NCBI GenBank assembly: GCA_028718605.1
Contig: JAQULM010000001.1
Span: 413,719 to 477,718, forward strand
Reading direction: 5' to 3'
DNA length: 64,000 bases
From: Patescibacteria group bacterium
GTDB lineage: Bacteria > Patescibacteriota > Patescibacteriia > UBA10025 > JAHIVO01
Below, in pieces: positions 39,201 through 48,500 of the stretch. Each line of letters opens with the position of its first letter. Position 1 is the stretch's first letter. A program made the position numbers and the translations under genes. Below the pieces are notes generated by a model that saw nothing but the letters and a program-made list of their open reading frames with translations, had not been told where the DNA came from and made no database searches.

Positions 39201-39425
39201 AATAAGTATCTTGCCGAGGAGGGACGCAACCCAGAATAAAATCCAGCCGACTGTTTCAGCGATTAATTCAGTGGCCCATGAAATTGCTTCTGCATGCACA
39301 GGCCGCGCAATAACAAAACAACCGCCGATTAAAACAGTTAGCAGGACTGTACCGAGTAGCACCGTCCTTGCTCGCGGCCGGTACTTCCAGAGTTCGCGTA
39401 TGTATTGTGTGATATGTATCAGCAT
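33255..39425 (-). CDS. Large VirB6/TrbL-like polytopic membrane protein with a ~1650-aa hydrophilic tail
   Basis: N-terminal ~400 aa with many TM helices (GWSVVRDACNMFFVLVLLVIAFGTVL, ILVNFSKMIAGFFID, RIIMLWILVVLSPLAYLL...WW), Gly/Ala-rich linker, coiled-coil tail; start reassigned to MLIHI. Confidence 0.75.
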   Translation of the reverse strand: MLIHITQYIRELWKYRPRARTVLLGTVLLTVLIGGCFVIARPVHAEAISWATELIAETVGWILFWVASLLGKILIVLIDILISIIQYNNFTSSPVIDKGWSVVRDACNMFFVLVLLVIAFGTVLRLENYKFNRLLAKLVIMAILVNFSKMIAGFFIDISQVVMLTFVNAFADTSYKDFTTVLKLDNLLSVTSDAKQTTALGFAEMVAVPLFANIVIIAGIMTMVALIVVVLMRIIMLWILVVLSPLAYLLATLPIGARYSSQWWSTFGKWATTGPVLAFFIWLALAVLPNSGDSSALGVTTDATGQVLASGQLTAVQAAIAPVSRSDQLLGFMLAIAMFLMALSTAGALGGMAGQLAGNFANKIKGWGSIPLKAAGAPLLGLRKAAGYGVGRVTGYVGRKVRESDKTWLNMATPEFWKGFAQRGKRLEERAKQRALGKGEYFGEVLFKGKKGALNRKELAERAIIEKLKSEFKQEMGSAGESRQAMMDLAFKTFNMGGFEGDEARQAFLELATSKGNDDDVFFGFGELYRKDEGVRAQLNDHYGKLGWKPEEVEGMFKEYNADSIKNFNAGFVGLNKKFVKGERDEETGEVIRSSREVGKAANDADQRRLRAMAGIAESAKNVGHWEQYSATKDMATGQYYMMDDEEQRGEIIGEAKKMGLRDFLRTLSPHVLRQRVWSADRDEEGNFIEDAENGEQIKGLMMKDADGKEVEDTRLYRHSYKADVYAPKEGSFEHEMYTKLMSGQHKPEMRQMQSRHADQHVGQFFDTPGNLVTDEEEAFARGFRPYTNNKGEQKTAAQALQEEWMKMQDYNQPISRAFYNIKYNGRVDAPPKGDKYPGDPGFIRKARAEADDYLQGELLDRVNYDDVTAAAELNGADITKPRNQKAMLGVLEDLHEAQYAARMHIPGDAMIPHEMVQELADKTGKKVDWDPKEWKDGVSDDEKQELTSNMGRVDEALRSTRLSNEQRAKLEQYRRSLTGQMNERKGEWTGKNGASKDDAHQLESQLMGFSEDELKGSLKKKMEGGLVAADGTKLPPEKLEAIVDDLVVKGRRDTVTRSRIVPFDDFVRDENVGPLPRMREEVSAETLSRSHAEYNKYKESGLSAADYDTMYEDEITAGEMVDSDELERRAEAGAQADVKKMRGLKSAVASGKSAKRQGKNASNATMLGLDFSDPAVREQFGIVEGQIAARFDSDTEAHKEEKGQMAEKLATALEQQLRSEGVGDDEIADQVGNLKKTLGANDKIVLADNNAWESRIQSIRGHELRGHDLAKNFVNLETGTMNEVGEEFYKTLSEEQQQLVDRIGMMEFAAESLGVGEGKYQLGSDSKQFLQDKKLDFFEKGVKGAAPEPESADEFIDKDFADEAVSDRELAMVGMVARGKYVAGRGVEVAGDAARKVKSTAVNVKNKVKQKVPELWEASHLDDVVEYGIVRPAKLVGRAPKAVAQGVSSAVHGTREWWQKRKYGKRVKKVNDLIDNYSEQFAENDVAGKRDQKHAAKAHYEEEVRKRDGMRHQEKQAKVQIAENNEKARDATRRAGGLTGAARQQALDEASKHQLDAFKGQQGLKRLQGDIDRQNAEVEKAQQARSQADLAYAAAVEDDIATMGQLRQTFEKIAGKLSPDELEEFKTMATEGLEASNLGAITSATFAGGIQQHNEPAIAPHEQKLAGQQAELATLQEQRIPLQHAVDDIPPTQANSLRAAKLQGALEEHDEKIEAKEAEIIETQQTIGEIQSTGDAFGSDAKRYQAEARAQAELKNAVNKRAGAKPAPAAPTPTPTPAPTTPRPQAGKAKDETLETAAPRTKPPTAEEIIGAQQQVIAAAESQLAEAVANLKEKAGLSGDVDADGILKNATVRATLEQGGHSDSVKGIEALAQSIADERTVLEDLKSGTPVAGPVLGSEQVQQNVESLGAIGDELRVAIEQTAGAAKDLPAVMEAIQKGLGDLVTTMQERMKALGESMNPDQKKASEDLTKIVESMRQGMLPGGPQGGVLGTYDPRLMLYRLEELTRAMRDAKTRRASEVVDDARRASTAQKTQPTPRKASAESEESSGEQPAAE

Positions 39426-39528
39426 TGAAATGTTTGTATCAAAGTGAAGCGGCAGCGCCGTATTCCCGAGTACTGCCGTCCGGGGGAAGCACCCCTCCTG
39501 CACTTACTACCCTCGCCGACAGCAGCGC

Positions 39529-42500
39529 CTACTGCGTCACGGTAATCGTAACACCGGTGCTCGTTAATCCATCACGGCCACCCTCGAAATCGCAATCATC
39601 AAGGTCTACATTGAACCGGCAATCGCCGAATCCCGGGCAACTCTCGCCCGAATCTTTAAGCACGCCGCACCAGTCCCAATTGTCCACGACCTTGATTTTC
39701 GGAATATGCGGTCCGGGGATGCGGTACTGGTGAGACAGCGAGATCGTCCCGGATTCGTACCGGCCGGTCGTCACGTAGTGCGGTGTTCCGTCGTCCCAGT
39801 CAACTTCGACGAACGTGATCGGCGACTGCTCCGGATCAGCACTGATGGAGAACGTGAACTGGACAACGCCGCCGCCGGGTATCGTAATGCTGTCAGTCTC
39901 CTCGAGCGAACCGCCGGCACCGACGAGGATGGTATGGATAATCGGCGGCACGCCGCAGTAGTCAACGTCCAATCCCTGCACGTACTCTGGCCGTACCGCC
40001 TTGCCCTGCGCAGTGCTGTATGGGCACACTGCCATGGTGTTGTACGCGGTGTTCCACGTGTTAATAAATCCGCTATTTTCTGCGTACGACATACTGCCCG
40101 CAGGCGCAGTGCACGCCCCATAATCATCAGTACGGCACGACCCAAATGTTGTTGACTGGCACGTACCGTAGGTATCCACGACAGCGCATGAGCCCCAGTT
40201 GCGCTCATTTTCGCACGTCGCGGTGGCACCAGCGCACGTCTCGCCTCCTGGACAGTCAGTGTCGACATGGCATTCAACTGATGTCGTAACGCTGCAGCTG
40301 CCGTTCTTGCAGTCCGTATCCGCCTGGCACAGCACTGTGCTGTCATGGCTGCATACACCGACACCCGTACATTCCACATTATCGGAACAGCCAATCCGTG
40401 TCGCTTCGCACGTCCCTCCGGGGCAATCCGCAGCAATACGGCACCGAGCGCCATCATTCGCGCCGGCGCGGCACAAACCGGTATTGCACACTGCCGGGGC
40501 ACCGCCGCAATCAGCGGTAACCTGGCAATACGCGCTGCTGTTTGAACACACACCGAGCGCTGTTGAGCATCCGTACACGCGGCAATCAAAGTCTGATGTC
40601 ACGCAATTCCCCGCGGGCCAAATAAAGCTCCGGCAATCCGCGTTCACCGTACATACGTGTCCAGTCCGAGGGCCTGAATTGTTATCACAACGGTTAAAGC
40701 ACTCCTGCAGGGCGTTGTCAGCGCACGCGAGGTGCTGGCAGTCAGCTGCGCCAGCGCACGCCATCGTATGGTTGGTCTGGCACGTGCCGCCGGTACAGGT
40801 ATATCCGCCGGGAATGGGTGTGCAAGTGCTGTCAGGACAATCAGCGTTGGTCGCGCATGACAGGCTCGCATTATCTCCCGCAGCGCACGTACCACCGCAC
40901 GGCTCGCCGTCTTCTGCACCACCATAACAGGTACCGATCGCACCGCACCGGCGGAATTCGCACGTCGAGTCATCGCCCGCCGTGCACCGGATCAGGTCAG
41001 TGAAATTGGACCGGTCGCATGTTGCAATATCCCACGTCCAGGCATTAAACGCGTTCGCGAACAGGCGCTTCGAATACCGTATCGCTTCCGCATAATTCGT
41101 ATCGGGTGTGGGCGTCGCTGTTTTCATACCATACGTACCGCCGTCCATGATGCATGGGCCGTAGTTCCTCCCGCCGTACGAGCAATCGGCATCGATCGCA
41201 CAGTACGCCTCGGCGTTCCCCGAGCAGAACCCGACACCAATGCCGACGCAGTACCCGTCATCGTCCGTGCCAACCGTGCCGTCGTCACCCTCATGGCAAT
41301 TCACCTCGTCAAGCCGGGTCGCGCAGTCGTTGGCCCATCTCCATGAGCACTGCCTGCCGCCGACGCACTTGCCGCCGCCAGTGGTGCACGCAGTAACCGC
41401 TGCAGCTGAATCACACCAGTTGCCCGTGTTATTCGTACAGTATTTAATATGCTGCCCCAATAGCCCATTAGCCACCGTATTATACGGGGAACTGTACGGC
41501 GTGCCAGCATGCGCGAAACTCGCGTCGCTCCGGGATTCAACGTACAGGGGGCCCGTGTGGGTGGCGTAATCCCATGCCGTCGGATCGCCTGCCGGCGCGA
41601 CAACCGTGCCAAACGGCGCGAACTGCTGGGTGTACTTGTACAGCAGCGCCGGCACCTGGAACGCGGATCCTTCACTGACGCGAGCAGTCCATGCGCGGTC
41701 ATTGTCATCATCGGCGACCTGGGCAAGGACCGAGCATGACTCGCGCAGCTGGAAGATTGGCAAATAGTGCGCACCGCCGCCATTGTTGCCGTCGTGCATG
41801 CTCGTCCTGAAATGGGTAATCTGCCCGGCATCATTGAATATGACTGCGAAATCAATATAATTGCCACTGCACGTCCACCGTTCGCCCCAGCAATTCGTTG
41901 CCCCGCCACAGGGGCCGCCGCCCGCGTCTTCTTCATTGAGCGTCATGAAATAATGGTTGTCGCCGTCACCGACACCGTAGTGGCCGCATTCCCAGTCGCC
42001 GTGCGACCAGTGCACCATGAGCACGTCGATGCGCTCGATTTCATATTTATAATACCGGTCTTCGGGATGGGCTGTAATCAAGTTATTGTATCCTCGCGTG
42101 CACTGCTCATCGTCGTCGCAGTCGCAGGACATGCAGAAGCCGTTGCGCCACCCACCATCCCACGCGCACGAGTACGCGGCGCCGCCCATATTGCCCGCTT
42201 CGTCGCACTCGCTCGTGCCGTCTTGGTCAATAAAGTTTGTCGTCATCGGCGCGCGGTATTTGAACGGCTTGCCGATCAGCGGAGACTCCTCAAATGTAAT
42301 CCGGCACCCGCCGCCATGGCCGGTCGAGCCCTTACCGTTACTTACCTGCCGTGTCGCCTGGAACGTGTCGACCAGGCCAAAACTCACCGACTTCGGCTTA
42401 TTATAGTTGCCCTCCTGCTCCAGGCACATGTACAGCGGCCGGCGGCCGTCATACCCGGCAGTACGGAGGTTAGAAAATATATTCGTATCGCCCATAAGGA

Positions 42501-45500
42501 GGTCGGCAGGCCACCAGTTCAGGCAGTACGCCGGATTCAGCGGATCGCGCTCCAGGCAGTACCCTTCCCATCCGCGGTACTCGATGCCGTTCTCGTCCGT
42601 GTACGCGCAGTACGGCGCTGACGCATTCGGGTACAGCCGGCACGACCGCGGTATGAGCGACCCGTCCTCCTTGTACTTGAGGGCTGGCTCGATTGAGATA
42701 TCGTCGACAAAGAATTCCACGCCCGGTACGGTCACGATATTGCACGTGTCGCCGACGGGGCAGTCCGCGTCAACGTTGCAGGGGACGTTCGGATTCGCAT
42801 TGCACATCTGCGGCTCGTCGTGGAAATGGATGATATTGAGCAGTGCGTCGTTCCAGCCGGTTACCTCGGCGCCGCCGATGGGATCCCACCCTGCCTCGAT
42901 AGGCCCGAGCGTGAACTGCTGCCAGTCCTGCGTAAGCTCCACGTCCTCGATCGCGCTCCAGCCGATCTCGTTCCCGCGCGCATCGAGATACCCGAATTCA
43001 ACACGAATTTTGTCATACACCGTCGGTAGTGTTGCCCACCGCAGTTTCAGCGAAACCACGTACTGGTCGCCGTCGATAAGGTTGCCAGTGCCGATATCGT
43101 AGGACAAGCCATTCCACTGCGCGGTGCCGATTGTGCCGTCGTTATTCGTATCGTTGCCGGTATACCCGCTCGTTTTAACGCGCGCGACATTATTCTCATC
43201 GAGATTGCTGTTCTGCGACGGAACGCCCCCGTTATTCACGTCTTCTTCGGTCCACTTGACCGTCGCGACGCCATCAAACCAGTTCCGTGGCTGCCACGCC
43301 GAATCAAGCTCGCTGAGATCAATCTCGTCAACGGTTGGCCCTGCATCAGGGCTGCCGCCATAATCACTCGATGTAGTACAGCTCGCGGTGGCGCCGCCAG
43401 TCAGTTCACATGAGAGCTTCTGATTTGCTTCGTAATCTCCGTCGCCAAAATCGCCATTTTTTGCCAGATCCGTTCCGCTCGTCACGGATCCGGCTTCTTC
43501 CATCGCCGGATACAGGAGCGCACCCTCGACAATCTGCGGATCAGAGCATGTGCCTCCGGCACCGCATTGCGCGTCGCTCGTGCAGATAATATCTTTATTG
43601 TTCTTGCATCGGCGTTGCCAGTCGAGTCCCGCCATGACCATGCCAGAATAATTATGCACTTTCTCGGCGAACGCAGGGGACGTAAACGTTTGATCAACTT
43701 CCTCGTAATCAACAACGCCTGTGCAGACGCCTGTCGCCTCATCCATCTTGTCACAAATAAACCGGGACGTGCATAGTTCCTGGACATTGCCGTTTTTATC
43801 TTCTTCGCGTACCGTTGTTTCGCACGCAAGCCATTTTCCGCACTCGCGGTCTGGCCGCACCTTCACGACTGAATTAGAATCGCATGTCGTCGGATCATCA
43901 ACACACGTTGCGGGCTCCTCGCCGTCGACTGAAGCAGATGAGCTGTACGGCAAATCGCTACGCGACATGTCCTCAAACAAGCGGCATCCCGCATCGCGGC
44001 TGACAAGGCCATTGCATGACGATGAATCAATCGTATCGCTTAAATAATAGTACGATGCATAGTCTGCTTCTGCGCTGACCTGCTCTACCTGCACCTGATC
44101 AAGAATAACATCGCACACGGGGGTTGAAGCGGCAACTCCTGGCCTGCGGAATACGACCGAGAACCTGTTCTGGAGCTCCTCGAGAGTTGTGCCCCCGGAC
44201 GGATTCCACTCATGTTCCACGCCGTCGCCATCAATGAATGGGGTCGATGGTATTGATATAACATATTCATACTTTTGCCAACTGTCGGTGGTATGGAAAA
44301 ATGCGCCTGGCAGGTACTGCACGCCGTTTGGCAGCACCTGGTCAACCGTCCGGACAGCACCAACGCTGACCCCGTCATACGTCGGATCTGCCAGCACTGT
44401 ACAGCGTGGGTCATTAGGATTGCGTTTTGCCCAGAAAGAAATTCGGAACGTCTTATTATCCGTCAGGCTTCCCGTATCTATCCCGCGCCATTGGTAGTGG
44501 GCAGCATCATTCCATGGTGCGTTCGTGCAGTTCTGATACGACCTGAAGATCGCCGCTACCGCTCCGTCATGAGCATCGGACGTAGCGATCAAACGGTCAC
44601 CGCATGGCTGCCGCGCTTCACCGGGTCCTGGCAAGTCGCACGTGGAAGCTGCTCTATTGCAGGTAGTGCCGCCCGCCTCGCACGTGCCTGGGCACGCAGC
44701 GCCTGCGCACGTAACGCAATCATTATTGTCATCACAGTACGTCGCGCCGCCGCCGCACCCGGATGTATAATCAGTATCGCATCGTCCGCAGTCGATGTTG
44801 GAATTGCATGCATACCCCGCCTGCGGGCCGCCTGCCGTACACAATCCGAGTTTGGTAGACTGGTTCCCCCAGTCGAGGAATTCATCAGGTACGTAGCAAT
44901 CGAGGTCAACGGCACATGGGTACCCGCTCTGCTGGCACCTTCCTGCGTTGCACGTGTCGTTGTCGATGATCGCGTCAGTTACAATGCCCGCATCGGCGAC
45001 ACTATCAATGCTCTCAAAGCTGCCGTTTGTCAGAAAATTTTGGGACAACACTTCAGCATTGTCAGCTATGCCCTCTGGATCACGGTACTCCGTGCAGCCA
45101 GACACGGATTCTTCGCACGATCCCACCCAGCCATCAACGGGTTTTGGGGTGATGCGGTCATCTTTCAGGCAGTTGCCGCTGTCGCAGTCGTCCGAGGAAT
45201 TGCACAGCGCACCTTCATTTGCTCCGCCGTTGTAGCACGTGCCGATCGACACCGGGCAATCCGGGGTAGCGCTTGCTGATCCGTTCTTGAACCATCCTCC
45301 TTTATCTTTTTGGTATGAGCATGTCTTTTTCCCGGGTTCCTTGAAATACATCTGGGAGCCGCTCCCCGTCGTGTACTCTTCGCATCCGTTCTCGTTGTAC
45401 AGGCACATCTCGGTAGCGTATGCATCGGGATCATTTATCATATATGAATCGCCATACGCACTAACGCTGCCGTCCGCATTCGTCAGAGGAAGCCCCATGC

Positions 45501-48500
45501 GCTCGCAACCCTTACTGCCGGCACCGCACGCTTTATCTGAATCATAGACGTAGTACCCTACGGTATCCTGGCTAATGCTGGGATTAATGTCATAGTGGAG
45601 CGATGACGGCTCGGGTCCGCCCCCAATGTAACTCTGGAAGTTATTTCTATCAGTGGCATCAACTGATCCATTTTCATCGAAATCGCCGACCAAGAGAGGT
45701 ACTGGCGCATAGCTCGTTCCGCTCGATAAATACCTATTCAGTATGTCAATATCATACCGGTTAATACGGCCATCGTCATTCAGATCGCCGCGCAGGTAAC
45801 GCGCGGTTGTATATGACATGCTCTCATACATTTCCGTGTTGTACGTATCGATGAATATATCACATCCAACTTTTGACTTATCGCACAAGCGACGGAATGA
45901 TTTCAGGTAATGCACCGTACCGGCACTGTCAGAATAAGCATCGCATCCTTCCCATCCCGAACAGTCTTGGTACGAATCCTTGATAAGGTACACGCTGTCA
46001 TATACCTCGGTAATTTCAATATTATCGACATAGAACGCACTGTCACCATATATCACGAGCTGGTTCGCGCTGATATCAGCGCTCTCCGGCAAGTAGAGCG
46101 GGCCTAGTACGAACTGGTTCCATTCGCCAGTTTTTGCTACGGCTTTGCCCGAAAATACCATCGCAGGCGTCGAATTAATGGCGACGGTCACCGGCACATC
46201 GGAGCCCGAGACGGCTGATTTTACCCAGAGTGAAACTGAATACTGCTGTCCGCCTGGGAGGGTAATCTGCGAACCGACGTTACTGATCGCGGCGCTGTTC
46301 GTTACTGCCATCGAATGCCCGTTCAGGTTGAGAGACTCATTGCTGTAGCTCGCATCGCCGGACCATAGGTCGATTGATCCGGACTCAAAATCTTCACGGT
46401 ATACCTGGCGGGTATTGTCGCCCGCGTTGCCTTTATATGCGCGGCAGCCCGCATTCGATGCAGTGCACTGCACGCCCTGGTTAGGGATAATATGGTAAAT
46501 CGATCCGCGGCAATCTTCATCGTTGATGGCGCCGTCGCTATTCGCATCAACACACGCGAGCCCTGAATTTGTGCAAATGCCGTCAGCGCACGATGCGGTG
46601 CTGTCAACGGAATTCTTATACGATTTACAATCGTCAGAGACATAGATCAGGCGCGTCCGCAAGCGGTAATATACATTGCCGAGCGAATCGAAGAATTCCG
46701 TGCAATCAGGATTATCTGCCATGTCCGCTGCCGTGCAGACCTGCTGGGGATAATCCGCCGTACCATCCCCGTCGACATCAAGATTATCGATGCACGCTGG
46801 CCAGTCCTCGCCCAACGCTACGAGTGCGGGATCATTTTCTGCACCGACGTTCGTGCACGGACCATTGTCAAGATTGCTCTTCTTCAGATTGTACCGACGC
46901 AGCTGGTACCCAAATTCATCAGACCCCTCCCATGTGTAGTATGCGCCCGTATCCGGATCCGACGTCTCTACGCACACTTTTATCTTGCTGTAATACTCCT
47001 TCCCTTCGCCGCCCGCGGCGACATCTTCAAGATTCGTATATTCTTCGCATCCGACAGCAGATGCGGGGCACGACATGCCAGTAGTCGAAACGAACGAAAC
47101 GGGATCGCGCACTGGCCGCAGCGGCATCCGATCAATCTCGAGCTCCCGGTATGCCTGGCAACCGACGAATTCAGCAGAGCACTGATCGCAGGAAAACGGA
47201 TCCGCAGCGTTGCACAGCCCCGGCGGGGAAATGATCCCGGTAATCTTCCTGCCGGTCGTCTTCGATGTAAATTCCTCACATCCGACTTCTGTTTCCTGGC
47301 ACTGTAGCGTATAACTCGCGCACAAAGGATCATCAGTCACGGCATTGCCCGTGCAATTCAGATACGATGGAGGTTTCTTGAAATATGTCTTCGTCGATTC
47401 TTCGTACTCTTTGTATGGGGTAAGGGTATTCTCCTCCATCTGGAAATCATCAATGATGACGTCACATTGATCGGTCAACGGCCGCACGATTGAAGCGAGA
47501 ATAAGCGGTTCCCCTGCCGCTACCCGAAAAGTTATTTTCGGAAATGTAATCGTCCCCGTATACCGTGTCCACTGCCCAGAAGTGGCTACGTTCATGACAT
47601 TGGTAAACATGCCACCCCCAATAACTGCATCCGGCTGGCGGTATGCCCATACGCTCAAGCTTCCAGTATCCGATGTGCAATCAGCATCATCAGCCGCCTG
47701 TTTCGCATAGAGCGAGAAAGTAAACGTACGCTCGTTTGTTGATGCGCCGACATCAGCAATTTGTGCGGTATATGTACCGTCCTCAAATGGGGTACCGGTC
47801 CAATCCGGATTACCCGGACAGGGTGGCAGCATACTCGTCCGCAATGCCGTTGAGCCGCTGTAGCTGTCCGACACGGCGGGCGACTGTAAACCACAGAATG
47901 AACTTAAAATTGGCCAGTATGTAAAAAGTTCAGAAGCCGCATCGTCCTTAACAGCCAGCGGATTCTGCTCATACGATTCAAAACTGCTGTTCAGGAGAAG
48001 GTTCGCTCCGTCTCCTTTTACGCGGATAAACTCACTGCACCCATCCGCTGATACATTACACGTCCTCGCATTCGCATTCAGGCTGATAACCGGATCGGTA
48101 GCGTCATTGGGCTTCAGGCCGTCGCATGCCCACGATTTTGCCGTCGAGTTATACTCACGGCAATACCACTGGCACCCGACAGTATCGATCGAGCAACTAT
48201 TGGTATTCACGGTGTCGGTAAGGTATGACACCATATCGCCGCTCCTGCGTGTCAGCAGCGTGCAGCTTGTTTCCCACGGTTTGCACTCCGTAGCGTCAAA
48301 GCGCCATACGGCTTTTTCTTCCATGCAGTACCCCCATACAGAGCACGATCCTTTCTCGTCTTCCTTGAGGCACTGTTTCTCATCCGCGCAGTAGTCTTCT
48401 TGGCGCTGGATGAGAGTCGAAGCGGCATCTGCCGTATCAACCTTTTCGTCGCGATTCGTATCCTCCGCGCGGATGGCCGTCTGGTAGGTAACCTGCGGAC